Shown here one piece after another: positions 50,011 through 61,006 of a stretch of 64,000 nucleotides of DNA (positions within the stretch are counted from its first letter, which is position 1; every line of letters starts with the position of its first letter). The translations under genes and the position numbers were made by a program. The notes under the pieces are model-generated. The model saw nothing but the letters and a program-made list of their open reading frames with translations, ran no database searches and was not told the DNA's origin. Origin of the DNA: Bacteroidales bacterium (GTDB taxonomy: Bacteria > Bacteroidota > Bacteroidia > Bacteroidales > F082). The stretch lies in the NCBI GenBank assembly GCA_963676875.1, contig OY781436.1, forward strand, positions 2,803,281 to 2,867,280. Direction: 5' to 3'.

Positions 50011-51918
50011 ATGGATCAGCGAACTTCCTCACGCATTGCCTATCTTATATTAGCTATCGGTTTTATTGCCGGAATAGTCGTTATTCTGTCAACGCAAAAC
50101 AGCTTTGGAGGAGGGGATCATTTCGAGCATTATAAACTTGCCCATTGGGGATGGAAGTACCCCAAGCTACTTTTTAATCATTGGGGAAAACCTGTTTTTA
50201 CACTACTCATTTCGCCAATGGCTCAATTTGGTATCAATGGGGCCCGCATGTACAACCTGCTCATGGGATTGCTTACCGCATTGACTGTGTACAGATTAGC
50301 TGTTTTATTAAAAATAAAAAACAGCCTGTTGAGCTTATTTTTGGTGGTCTTCACTCCGGTATATTTTATCCTCATGTTTACGGCATTGACCGAGGTGAGC
50401 TTCAGCTTTTTTCTGGCCTTGACCACCTTGCTTTTTTTCAAGGAAAAATATCTATGGTCGGCAGTGGTGCTTTCTTTTTTACCCCTGGTACGTACCGAAG
50501 GTATTGTATTGTTCCCATTATTTATACTGGCCTATGGTTTGAAAAAGAAATTCCTGACTATTCCTTTATTAACCGTTGGGTTTTGGGTCATCAGCCTATT
50601 GGGCTATCCTTTCTACAACAACTTTTTGTGGTTAATCACCGAGATGCCCTATTCAGGGAGTGCCAAGGATATTTACGGGAGTGGATCGTTATGGCATTTT
50701 GTGAACTATCAGGATCAAATTCTGGGCTCCATTATATCTGCTCTGTTTATTTTGGGGGTTGTACTGTCAGTTGCCGATTGGGGAATGAAAAACAAATTCA
50801 AATTGGGCAATTCCTTTTATTTTCTACTGCTTGTTCCCGGTTCTTTTTTGGTCTTTTTTGCCGCCCATTCTTATGTTTGGTGGCAAGGGATGGGAAATTC
50901 ATTGGGGTTAATTCGTGTGATCGGCTCTGTATTACCTTTTGCATCATTGACGGCATTAATCGGGTTTAATTTTGTTTACTATTGGATTCAAAGGGTTAAT
51001 AAATACATTGCATGGTTAGCAATGCTTATTTCAGTATTTTTTATTGTCAAAATAGGAATTAAGACTCACGAGTATGGATTCTCAATATCTAAACCACAAG
51101 CCTTGCTTAATGAAGCTGCAAACTATATTAAAGCGAACCAACTTGATTTACACAAGGTCTATTATTTTAATGCCTATGTAATTGTCGAATTAGGACTTAA
51201 TCCTTTTGACCAATCTATAGCCGGCTTGGGCATCCCAAATCAACTTCAGCCATCGATATCAATGCCCGATAGCAGTATCATCGTGTGGGATGCGCATTTT
51301 GGGCCCAATGAGGGCCGTACACCTTTGGAAAGGTTGAAAAACGATGATGGGCTGGTGCTTGTAAAATCATTTCATCCGATTCAGCCATTCAAAGTGTTGG
51401 GAGGTTATGATTACGGTGTCTACATTTTTCAAAAAAGACTGAACCAAAAAAAATCGAAATCAAATGTTGAGGGATTGATCGAGGAATATCATTTGGATTT
51501 TGAAGAGTCGGATAATGATACTTCAGTTATAGCTCATTCAGGAGAAAAAAGCCTGTCTGTTTTATCCGGGCAAGCTTATATCAATCTGATCGAAATGCCG
51601 GTTATACAATTAGCACCTCAACGTCAGCCAATAAAAATAGAAGTTACGGGAGCCGTCTATGCTGCCACCAACATAAAAAATAGCAGCCCTGCTTTGGTTT
51701 GCTCAATGGACGACTCAGGAGATAACCTTATGTACGAAGCTTTTAAACCTGCACCGGAAAAAGTAGGTGCCTGGGATATGTTTAGTCATATATTTAACAT
51801 ATACGTAATCCCCTCAAATACTGCACATTTAAAGCTTTATCTCTGGAACAAGGACCAGGCCACATTCAACCTGGATGATGTTTATATTAAGATTTCAGAA
51901 TTGGATCCGGGCAAATAA
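50011..51918 (+). CDS. Polytopic membrane protein, putative GT-C (ArnT/PMT-like) glycosyltransferase
   Basis: ORF 49990..51918 begins with TTG, so the ATG at 50011 is preferred. It has about 11-12 TM helices followed by a ~250-aa soluble C-terminal domain, and lies directly after the GT2 gene. The family call is inferred from architecture and context. Confidence 0.45.
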   Translation: MDQRTSSRIAYLILAIGFIAGIVVILSTQNSFGGGDHFEHYKLAHWGWKYPKLLFNHWGKPVFTLLISPMAQFGINGARMYNLLMGLLTALTVYRLAVLLKIKNSLLSLFLVVFTPVYFILMFTALTEVSFSFFLALTTLLFFKEKYLWSAVVLSFLPLVRTEGIVLFPLFILAYGLKKKFLTIPLLTVGFWVISLLGYPFYNNFLWLITEMPYSGSAKDIYGSGSLWHFVNYQDQILGSIISALFILGVVLSVADWGMKNKFKLGNSFYFLLLVPGSFLVFFAAHSYVWWQGMGNSLGLIRVIGSVLPFASLTALIGFNFVYYWIQRVNKYIAWLAMLISVFFIVKIGIKTHEYGFSISKPQALLNEAANYIKANQLDLHKVYYFNAYVIVELGLNPFDQSIAGLGIPNQLQPSISMPDSSIIVWDAHFGPNEGRTPLERLKNDDGLVLVKSFHPIQPFKVLGGYDYGVYIFQKRLNQKKSKSNVEGLIEEYHLDFEESDNDTSVIAHSGEKSLSVLSGQAYINLIEMPVIQLAPQRQPIKIEVTGAVYAATNIKNSSPALVCSMDDSGDNLMYEAFKPAPEKVGAWDMFSHIFNIYVIPSNTAHLKLYLWNKDQATFNLDDVYIKISELDPGK

Positions 51919-52039
51919 TTCTCCCCCCTACGTAAAACACGTAATCTCCTAAGCAATCCCCGTAAATACAGCCCAAAAGGAAAAAACCACCCTTTTTTCT
52001 TGCTAAATTTACGGCATCAAATCTGATTGTTTAATCTAA

Positions 52040-53404
<1,365 letters not shown>

Positions 53405-53435
53405 GTATAGAAATCAGTTGTTTTTTTTAACAGGA

Positions 53436-53466
53436 AGAGGCTGCCTTTTGGGTGGCCTCTTTTTTA
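53436..53466 (+). terminator. Intrinsic terminator after gdhA
   Basis: AGAGGCTGCC-TTTTG-GGTGGCCTCT followed by TTTTT. Confidence 0.65.
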
Positions 53467-53648
53467 TGATGGTAAAGCGAAAGGTAGAATTGATCTGTAT
53501 TTATTACAAAAAGCGTGGGTATCTGAGATAGGCACTACAAGCGTGGACGCATAAAGCGGCTGAGCGTCACCAGAGTTCGATAAATCACGCATCAGCCAAT
53601 TTTCAAATCGATTAATCCTCCATTCCGATCTACGGGATCGAGTTAACC

Positions 53649-54527
53649 TCACATTGCTGCAATGCGATCCAGCATTTCGCCAATCAAGCGCCGCATACTT
53701 TGCTTGTAATTGGGGTTAAATTCACTGTTTACGCGGTTGGCAATGATGTCGCACACCGTCAGGGCTTTGTGTCCCAACATGGCCGAAAGCACATACAAGG
53801 CGGAGGTTTCCATCTCAAAATTCGACACTTTATGACCGTTCCAACTGAAATTGCTGGCTCTTTCGATAAAGGTTTTATCCAGTACCTCCAAGCGTAACTC
53901 CCTGCCTTGAGGCGCGTAAAACCCGGGAGCTGTGAGTGTAACCCCCTGCCGCCATCCATAACCCAGTTTAAGCAAGAGTTCCGGTGAAGCTTCAATTCCG
54001 TAGGGCTGGGGCAGGCTGGGGTCGGTTTTTACCTGATTGGTAAATCGATCGGTCATTTTTTGATTGATGGCGCTTTTTCCTGCTGCATAAAAATAGGCCA
54101 GTCCGTCGAGCCCGATGGCTGAGGCAGAAACCAAAAACGAATCTACCACCGGAATGTCTTTTTGCAACGCCCCCGATGTCCCCAAACGAATGAGGTTCAA
54201 CGATACTTTTTGGTCACGGGGTTGCAGTTTTTCCAGGTCTATGTTAAACAACGCATCTATTTCATTGATTACGATTTCGATGTTGTCGGGACCCATGCCC
54301 GTGGACATCACGCTGATCCGTTTTCCTTTGTAAGTTCCTGTATAGGTGACAATTTCGCGGTTTTGTTTGTGTAATTCCACGTGGTCGAAAAATTCTGAAA
54401 TAATGGCTGCCCTTCCCGGATCGCCCACCAACAATACGGTTTCGGCCAGTTCGCCCGGATGCAGATTGATATGATAAATGGAACCGTCCACGTTTCGCAC
54501 CAGCTCCGATTGATTAATTTTTCCCAT
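53649..54527 (-). CDS. Nucleoside phosphorylase (PNP/UDP family)
   Basis: 292 aa with VLLVGDPGRA, SVMSTGMGPDN and FEMETSALY. Confidence 0.8.
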   Translation of the reverse strand: MGKINQSELVRNVDGSIYHINLHPGELAETVLLVGDPGRAAIISEFFDHVELHKQNREIVTYTGTYKGKRISVMSTGMGPDNIEIVINEIDALFNIDLEKLQPRDQKVSLNLIRLGTSGALQKDIPVVDSFLVSASAIGLDGLAYFYAAGKSAINQKMTDRFTNQVKTDPSLPQPYGIEASPELLLKLGYGWRQGVTLTAPGFYAPQGRELRLEVLDKTFIERASNFSWNGHKVSNFEMETSALYVLSAMLGHKALTVCDIIANRVNSEFNPNYKQSMRRLIGEMLDRIAAM

Positions 54528-54553
54528 ATGATGTTGATCAAAAAAGATTTAAC

Positions 54554-54569
54554 TAAATTTGCAAAGATA
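54554..54569. promoter_or_regulatory. Back-to-back divergent -7 boxes TAAATTTG (+) / TATCTTTG (-)
   Basis: The sequence is TAAATTTGCAAAGATA. It lies 29 nt before the usp ATG (54590) and 35 nt before the phosphorylase ATG (54527). Confidence 0.4.
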
Positions 54570-54589
54570 ACGTTAAACCTCCACATGAT

Positions 54590-55468
54590 ATGCGAACCAG
54601 CCCAGAAACCATACTAGTCCCCATCGATTTTAACGAACAATCGATGTATGCTTTAAAAAGATCATACGATTTTGCCCGTTTTTTGGGGTTGGAAATTGTA
54701 TTGCTTTACGTGTTTGAAAACCAGGATTTTGCCGAAGCTTTTTTTACCAAAGAAGAGCTCGTGCAAAAAGTAAGTGCCCGCATGGATCTTACCGCGGCGG
54801 AGGTGCACAAAAAAACTGGTTTAAAGGTTGCTACCCAAATTAAACAAGGGAAAGTATATAGCGAAATACTCAAAACGGCCAAAGAAATGAACGCCCGCTA
54901 TATTCTGATGGGTACCAACGATGCTTCGGAAAATGTGCGCCTCGACAAAAATCAGATCGGCAGCAATACTTCCAAAATTATTCGTCAATCGCCCATTCCG
55001 GTCATTACCATCAACGGAAAAGAATCATTTGGCTTGTGTCACAACATTTTGTTGCCCTTGGATTTGACCAAAGAAACACGCCAAAAAGTAACCTACGCCA
55101 TTGAGGTGGCCCGTAGGTTTGGCGCCGGAATCAAGGTGGTATCCGTGTTGTGGTCGAAACACGACAAGGAAATAAAACAGGAACTGATGACTCAACTGAA
55201 TCAGGTAAAACATTTTATTGAAGGCGAAAACATTCGTTGTACCACCCAGTTGCTCGAGTCGGAAGGCGGTGAAAAAATGATGGTGCCCACCTTGTTGCAA
55301 TATGTTGACGAACAAGGCGATGTGGATTTAATCATCATCATGACACAACAGGAAAACAAACTGGTAGAGTTTTTCCTCGGGTCGGCAGCCCAGTCCATCA
55401 TCCGCATGTCGAAGGTGGCAGTGATGTCTATTACACCTTTTGATCTGGGTTCGTTTTCGTTGAAATAA
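54590..55468 (+). CDS. Tandem universal stress protein (UspA) domain protein
   Basis: 292 aa with two Usp-like halves (ILVPIDFNEQS...; ILLPLDLTKET...). Confidence 0.8.
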   Translation: MRTSPETILVPIDFNEQSMYALKRSYDFARFLGLEIVLLYVFENQDFAEAFFTKEELVQKVSARMDLTAAEVHKKTGLKVATQIKQGKVYSEILKTAKEMNARYILMGTNDASENVRLDKNQIGSNTSKIIRQSPIPVITINGKESFGLCHNILLPLDLTKETRQKVTYAIEVARRFGAGIKVVSVLWSKHDKEIKQELMTQLNQVKHFIEGENIRCTTQLLESEGGEKMMVPTLLQYVDEQGDVDLIIIMTQQENKLVEFFLGSAAQSIIRMSKVAVMSITPFDLGSFSLK

Positions 55469-55682
55469 ACCTCAGCGACAAACCATGTCAGGCTAAACGA
55501 ATTCACAAAAAGGTGGCATTTGGGTCATTTTCAATTAGATAAGACTGAATCAATAAGGTGGCTATGCGCAAATTTGTTTTTGAAATGTTGTCTTTATTTT
55601 TGTATTTTGCCATATACCCTTTTCCGACAGATTTTTATCCCTTTGATAAATCAACGTCTTTTAATTATACAACAATTGATCA

Positions 55683-55703
55683 CTCCTCCCCTTGGGGGAG
55701 GAG
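55683..55703. other. Perfect 9-bp-stem palindrome CTCCTCCCC-TTG-GGGGAGGAG in a 385-bp ORF-free spacer
   Basis: Read directly. No T-run follows on either strand. Confidence 0.8.
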
Positions 55704-55853
55704 CAGTGAGGAGGGGTATCGTAGTCAATTTTCATCTCATTCGTATTTTTTCGCCACAATTTTGATCATAATAAAACAATATTTCATATGTCTCGGAAAC
55801 CGAATTTCAATTGATAGACACTTGTCACTTTAATCACAAAAACAAAAATTTCT

Positions 55854-57128
55854 ATGTTATTTGCCGAAATTATCAGCATTGGCGATGAGTTGCTCATTGG
55901 TCAGGTGGTGAATACCAATGCCTCCTGGATGGCAGCCGAGCTAAATAAAAACGGAATCAATGTCATTCAGATTTCATCGGTAAGCGATGATGGAATGCAT
56001 ATTCGCACGGCCCTGGACGAAGCCTTTCAACGGGCTCAGATTGTGTTGATGACGGGCGGACTGGGTCCCACCAAAGACGACATCACCAAACATGTGCTGG
56101 CTGATTATTTTCAGTCGGGCATGGTGTTTCACCAACCCACTTTCGAACACATTCAGGCGCTTTTCGGCATCAGAAATTACCCGCTTACGGATGTCAATCG
56201 CCTTCAGGCAGAAATACCTGAGAAATGTATTCCCCTGAAAAATCTGCACGGAACCGCTCCCGGCATGTGGTTTGAACGCGATGGCAAGGTGGCCGTTTCC
56301 ATGCCCGGTGTTCCTTTTGAGATGAAAACCCTGATGACTGAGGAGGTTATCCCCCGATTGAAAGAGAAGTTTCAGTTAGGCCATATTTACCATAAAACCA
56401 TCATGACCCATGGCACGGGCGAGTCGGCTTTGGCTGCCCGCATCGAGTCGTGGGAGTCGGCACTGCCAGCCACCATGAAACTGGCCTATCTGCCACAACC
56501 CGGCATTGTCAGGTTGCGGCTCTCCGTTTCCGGAGAGCGGGGCGAAGAACTGAAAGAGGCTGTTCATCACCAATGTAGGCAGCTCGCCCAATTAATTCCG
56601 GAGTTAATATTCGGGTATGACGACATTTTGATGGAAGAGGTCGTGGGCAATTATTTGAAAGCCAACGGTAAAACCCTGTCTGCCGCCGAAAGTTGTACAG
56701 GAGGTTACCTGTCGCATCTGGTCACCGCCATTCCCGGTAGTTCGGCCTATTTCAATGGCTCGGTGGTGAGTTATTCCAATGCCGCCAAACACCAACTGTT
56801 GGGAGTTCCGGAGGAGGTGATTGAACAATTTGGCGCAGTAAGCCAACAGGTGGTGGAGCTGATGGCCACAGGCGCACGTCAACGCTTTTCAACTGATTAT
56901 GCCATGGCAGTAAGCGGCATTGCCGGTCCCGATGGCGGCACCCCCGAAAAGCCCGTGGGCACCGTTTGGATAGCCCTGGCCACACCGGAAGGTGTTCAAT
57001 CACAGCTATTTCATTTTGGTGAGCATCGGGGAAGAAACATACGCAGGTCGGCACTGGCGGCATTAAATATGTTGCGGGTGGAGTTGAAACGGGAATTTCA
57101 GATAGCGGAAAATACCTGTTGCAGCTAA
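55854..57128 (+). CDS. cinA: CinA-family protein (MoCF-like domain + nicotinamide-nucleotide amidohydrolase PncC domain)
   Basis: 424 aa with IISIGDELLIGQVVNTNASW, TGGLGPTKDD, and the C-terminal AESCTGG...VSGIAGPDGG. Confidence 0.9.
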   Translation: MLFAEIISIGDELLIGQVVNTNASWMAAELNKNGINVIQISSVSDDGMHIRTALDEAFQRAQIVLMTGGLGPTKDDITKHVLADYFQSGMVFHQPTFEHIQALFGIRNYPLTDVNRLQAEIPEKCIPLKNLHGTAPGMWFERDGKVAVSMPGVPFEMKTLMTEEVIPRLKEKFQLGHIYHKTIMTHGTGESALAARIESWESALPATMKLAYLPQPGIVRLRLSVSGERGEELKEAVHHQCRQLAQLIPELIFGYDDILMEEVVGNYLKANGKTLSAAESCTGGYLSHLVTAIPGSSAYFNGSVVSYSNAAKHQLLGVPEEVIEQFGAVSQQVVELMATGARQRFSTDYAMAVSGIAGPDGGTPEKPVGTVWIALATPEGVQSQLFHFGEHRGRNIRRSALAALNMLRVELKREFQIAENTCCS

Positions 57129-57166
57129 TGCAAAAAAAAACCGGAATCAACCGGCTTTTCTACATT

Positions 57167-58048
57167 TTAAATTTCTGCACTTATCGTAACCAGCTTTCGG
57201 TCGATTTTTTTGAACAATCCCTGCAGCACTGTTCCCGGTCCTACTTCAATGATTTTGGTGGCTCCGTCGGCAATGATGTTTTGCATGGTTTTGGTCCAAC
57301 GTACGGGTGAGGTCAACTGAGCGATGAGGTTGTTTTTGATAATCTCAGGATCGTTAACCGATTGTCCGGTAACGTTTTGATAAATGGGGCATATGCCCTT
57401 GTTGAATTTGGTGGCGTTGATGGCGGTACCCAGTTCAATGCGTGCGGGCTCCATCAGGGGTGAGTGAAATGCACCTCCCACCTTGAGCATAAGGGCTCTT
57501 TTGGCACCGGCAGCAGTACATTTTTCGATGGCTTTTTCCACTCCGGCTATCGATCCAGATATGACCAATTGTCCGGGACTGTTATAGTTGGCAGGAACAA
57601 CAATTTCAGGAATACCTGAGCAAATTTGCTCCACTTTCTCGTCATCCAATCCCAAAATGGCAGCCATGGTGGAAGGCTCCACTTCGCAGGCTTTTTGCAT
57701 GGCAGCAGCACGTTTGGAAACCAGTTTTAATCCGTCTTCAAACGTCAAAACTCCGTTGGCTACCAGCGCGCTGAACTCGCCAAGCGAATGGCCGGCCACC
57801 ACATCAGGTTTGAAATCGGCTCCCATAACAGAGGCCAGAATAACCGAGTGCAGGAAAATGGCCGGCTGGGTAACATTGGTTTGCTTCAGGTCATCTTCGG
57901 TGCCTTCAAACATGATGTCGGTTATCTTGAATTTCAAAATGGTGTTGGCCTTCTGAAACATTTCTTTGGCCTTGGGCGATTTGTCAAACAAATCTTTCCC
58001 CATTCCGACATATTGAGCTCCCTGTCCGGGAAAAACGTACACATTCAT
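57167..58048 (-). CDS. fabD: Malonyl-CoA:ACP transacylase
   Basis: Trimmed to the ATG at 58048 (MNVYVFPGQGAQYVGMG). The GHSLGEFSAL active site is present. Confidence 0.95.
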   Translation of the reverse strand: MNVYVFPGQGAQYVGMGKDLFDKSPKAKEMFQKANTILKFKITDIMFEGTEDDLKQTNVTQPAIFLHSVILASVMGADFKPDVVAGHSLGEFSALVANGVLTFEDGLKLVSKRAAAMQKACEVEPSTMAAILGLDDEKVEQICSGIPEIVVPANYNSPGQLVISGSIAGVEKAIEKCTAAGAKRALMLKVGGAFHSPLMEPARIELGTAINATKFNKGICPIYQNVTGQSVNDPEIIKNNLIAQLTSPVRWTKTMQNIIADGATKIIEVGPGTVLQGLFKKIDRKLVTISAEI

Positions 58049-58170
58049 AAAAAAGTGGTTTATGATTTGGCTGTCATCATGGGTCTGCAAATGCGCGCCA
58101 TGAAAACAGGGATATGGTTTTCGTTGGTTGTTGTACTCATGTAGCTATCCTTTTTACGGACTGTTTCCGG

Positions 58171-58893
58171 CTATTTTCTGTTTCCGAAAAAGCGCAGCAA
58201 AAATAGAAATAAATTGATAAAGTCCAGATATAATGTCAATGCCCCAAAAATGGTCATCTTGCGCATGGCTTCTCCGTCATCAGAAGCATTCTGCCCGATA
58301 CGTTTTAGTTTCTGTACATCATAGGCGGTGAGCCCTGTAAAAATAAGGACGCCAATAAAACTGATAATGTAATCCATTTGAGGACTTCTCATAAACATAT
58401 TGACCACCGAAGCGATAATGATGCCTACCAAACCCATCAGCATGATGCTGCCAAATTTGGTAAGGTCGGTTTTGGTGGTGTAGCCCAAAACGGCCATAAA
58501 GCCAAACATGCCAGTGGTTATCAGGAAGGTTTTGGCAATGGAGCCCAGGGTATAAACATAGAAAATAAAGCTTAAGCTCATGCCCATCAGGATGGAGTAA
58601 GCCACAAAAACCAGCAGCATGGTGGAAGCCGACATGCGGTTAAAACCTGCCGACATCCAAAGTACTAACCCAAAAGGAGCGAGCATGACAATCCATCCTA
58701 AAATGGTCATGCCTCCGGTTTCAGAATTGTACAAAGCGCTCATAAGTTGCTGGTCGCCGGCAAAAAGCCAGGAAGTAAGGGCGGTAATGGCCAGGGCAAT
58801 GCCCATCCACATAAAAACCCCTGAGAGAAAAGTGCGGGAAACGGCGATGGTTCCCTGCTGTTGTGTGAAATTTATTTGATTAAACTGGTTCAT
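58171..58893 (-). CDS. Bax inhibitor-1/YccA family membrane protein
   Basis: 240 aa, 7 TM, with the family-typical C-terminal FGALTLYLDFINLFLFLLRFFG. Confidence 0.85.
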   Translation of the reverse strand: MNQFNQINFTQQQGTIAVSRTFLSGVFMWMGIALAITALTSWLFAGDQQLMSALYNSETGGMTILGWIVMLAPFGLVLWMSAGFNRMSASTMLLVFVAYSILMGMSLSFIFYVYTLGSIAKTFLITTGMFGFMAVLGYTTKTDLTKFGSIMLMGLVGIIIASVVNMFMRSPQMDYIISFIGVLIFTGLTAYDVQKLKRIGQNASDDGEAMRKMTIFGALTLYLDFINLFLFLLRFFGNRK

Positions 58894-58978
58894 TTTCGAT
58901 CATTTTAAACTGTTAAACGAAGGTTTTCAGAAAATAGTCTAAAGTTATTGGTTGCAAATTATGTTAAAATTTGAAAAA

Positions 58979-59599
58979 TTAAGATAGCTTAGTTGAAATC
59001 AGGCTGATAAACTCGGCCCGGGTTTCGGCTCTTTTAAAGGCTCCTGTAAAATCGCTGGTGGTGGTCACGGAGTTTTGCTTTTGAACGCCACGCATGGCCA
59101 TACACAGGTGTTTGGCTTCGATAACCACGGCCACGCCAAGTGGATTCAGGGTGTTCTGGATGGCTTCCTTAATTTGTGAAGTCAACCGTTCCTGTACCTG
59201 CAATCGGCGCGAATAGGCTTCTACCACACGGGCAATCTTGCTCAGTCCGGTTATGTAGCCATTGGGAATATAGGCCACATGCGCTCTTCCGATAAAGGGT
59301 ATCATGTGGTGCTCGCACATGCTGAATATTTCGATGTCTTTCACAATCACCATCTCGCGGTAGTCTTCCTTAAATTTAGCCGAAAGCAGGATCTCTTCCG
59401 GATTGTGGTCGTAACCCTGGGTTAAAAACTGAATGGACTTGGCTACACGCATCGGGGTGTCAAGCAGTCCCTCACGGGTGGCGTCTTCTCCAATCAGGTT
59501 AAGTATTTCCTGGTAGTGATATTGTAGTTTTTTCAGATTTTCCGGATTGTAAGATTCGATTTTCTCATAACCTAACAATTCTTTTACTTTTTTTTCCAT
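58979..59599 (-). CDS. folE: GTP cyclohydrolase I
   Basis: 206 aa with [11 protein letters not shown] and HLCMAMRGV. Confidence 0.95.
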   Translation of the reverse strand: MEKKVKELLGYEKIESYNPENLKKLQYHYQEILNLIGEDATREGLLDTPMRVAKSIQFLTQGYDHNPEEILLSAKFKEDYREMVIVKDIEIFSMCEHHMIPFIGRAHVAYIPNGYITGLSKIARVVEAYSRRLQVQERLTSQIKEAIQNTLNPLGVAVVIEAKHLCMAMRGVQKQNSVTTTSDFTGAFKRAETRAEFISLISTKLS

Positions 59600-59628
59600 G
59601 AGAATGTTGTTGTTGCCAAAGTGTACTC

Positions 59629-59654
59629 AAAAAAGATGCCAGAGCCTTTTGGCA
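59629..59654 (-). terminator. Weak terminator-like hairpin after the PTPS gene
   Basis: Minus strand reads TGCCA-AAAGGCTC-TGGCA followed by TCTTTTTT. The stem is only 5 bp. Confidence 0.35.
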
Positions 59655-59676
59655 GAATGATTGATGATGGTTTGGA

Positions 59677-60090
59677 CTAGTTGCCGTAATATTCTACGGA
59701 GTTATTTTCCGATTCGGTTACCTTAACACAGTGAAGCTCTGAATGTAACAGCTTGATGTGTGGGGCAAGTTCGTTCCATATGCCCACTGCCAGATTTTCC
59801 GTTGAAGCCAGCTTACCTTGCATAAAGTCAACCTCGAGGTTGATGTTTTTATGGTCGACCTTGCTGATTATTTTATCTCTGATAAGGGCGCTCAACTGTT
59901 TCAGGTTGATCAGAAAACCAGTTTCGGGGTCAATTTCACCTTTCACGGTGACAAAAACTTCGTAATTGTGCCCATGCCAATTGGGATTGGAGCATTTTCC
60001 GAACACCTCCAGATTTTTTTCATCGGAAAATTCCTCTCTGAATAAGCGATGGGCTGCATTAAAACGTTCGCGACGTGTGATGTAAATCAT
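59677..60090 (-). CDS. 6-pyruvoyl-tetrahydropterin synthase / QueD family protein (eukaryote-like PTPS sequence)
   Basis: Trimmed to the ATG at 60090, with a TACTTTTG box at 60108-60115. FNAAHRL...GKCSNPNWHGHNYEV...DHKNINLEV closely resembles the animal PTPS motif set. Confidence 0.85.
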   Translation of the reverse strand: MIYITRRERFNAAHRLFREEFSDEKNLEVFGKCSNPNWHGHNYEVFVTVKGEIDPETGFLINLKQLSALIRDKIISKVDHKNINLEVDFMQGKLASTENLAVGIWNELAPHIKLLHSELHCVKVTESENNSVEYYGN

Positions 60091-60107
60091 GCCGATTAAT
60101 TTGATTG

Positions 60108-60115
60108 CAAAAGTA
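60108..60115 (-). promoter_or_regulatory. -7 box TACTTTTG for the PTPS-folE pair
   Basis: Exact TAnnTTTG on the minus strand, 18 nt upstream of the ATG at 60090. Confidence 0.35.
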
Positions 60116-60397
60116 CAAAATTCGTGGGCTCTTGGGTGAAAATCATTAAAACCTTCTGCGATGGCTAACCAAAAACGCAATCAAGAGCTGACATGCTTGT
60201 CGCGTGAAGGGGTGAGGTTTTGGGAAGGGTGGGATTTTGAAGGCAGGATGAACCCCACCAATCCCGATATTATTCGGCAGGGGGTAGGGTTTCTAAATTT
60301 CATGTTTCGCAGACAATAATTGGCAATTTTTATCCCACCCAAATCTCCATGTTGCCAATAAATATTCAAATTCCCCTTCCTTTCTCACATTTTACTC

Positions 60398-60405
60398 TAA
60401 ATTTG
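60398..60405 (+). promoter_or_regulatory. -7 box TAAATTTG for the 60431 gene
   Basis: Exact TAnnTTTG 26 nt before the ATG. Confidence 0.35.
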
Positions 60406-60430
60406 CTGTATAAACTAAAACAAAATTGTC

Positions 60431-60970
60431 ATGAAGAGACTTATTCTGTTTTTTGTGGTGGTCATGGGTGTGCAAGGGTATGCACAGGAGACCGACCTGT
60501 TTATACCCGTTGATGAAGAAACCCAACTGATTAAATTCCAGAATGTGGTGGAGGAAAAGGGTGAGCAAAATGACCTGTTCAATCGGGTGGTTTATTGGCT
60601 AAATGATTATTATAAAGACCCGGTTCGAGTGACATCCGTGCGCGATGTACCCAGTGGTAAAATCATTGGTCATCACCGCTTTCGCATTTATTACTGGGAT
60701 AAAGACAGTATTAAACATACAGGAGGGATGATTAATTACACCTTCACCATCGAAGTAAAAGACAATAGATACAGATATACCATCAATGAATTGGTATTGA
60801 AGTCGCAAACTAACATACCCGTTGAAAAATGGCTCGATAAAAACGATCCGGCCTACGATCCCCGTTGGGACAGTTATTTGAAACAAATTGCTGATTATGT
60901 TAATAATTGGAGTGCCTCCCTGGAAGAGAAAATGAAGCCGGAGCCTGAAAAGGTAGAGGATGACTGGTGA
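60431..60970 (+). CDS. Secreted DUF4468-like protein
   Basis: 179 aa with a signal peptide. The N-terminal region resembles DUF4468; the assignment is from memory and weak. Confidence 0.5.
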   Translation: MKRLILFFVVVMGVQGYAQETDLFIPVDEETQLIKFQNVVEEKGEQNDLFNRVVYWLNDYYKDPVRVTSVRDVPSGKIIGHHRFRIYYWDKDSIKHTGGMINYTFTIEVKDNRYRYTINELVLKSQTNIPVEKWLDKNDPAYDPRWDSYLKQIADYVNNWSASLEEKMKPEPEKVEDDW

Positions 60971-61006
60971 TCTGCCTGAATTAGTAAGATATTTTGAACT
61001 TTAAAT

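Noticed and set aside
53464-53652. Small intergenic ORFs (53464..53652-, 55520..55765+, 55558..55833+, 60181..60369-, 21419..21634+, 25137..25424-, 26364..26630+).
   Set aside because: They have no start context or -7 box, they overlap terminators, palindromes or neighbouring genes, and their composition is atypical. I treat them as non-coding.
57132-57159. A possible bidirectional terminator between cinA and fabD (AAAACCGG-AATCAA-CCGGCTTTT).
   Set aside because: Only 4 uninterrupted GC pairs plus A:T pairs across a mismatch. Too weak to call as a feature.
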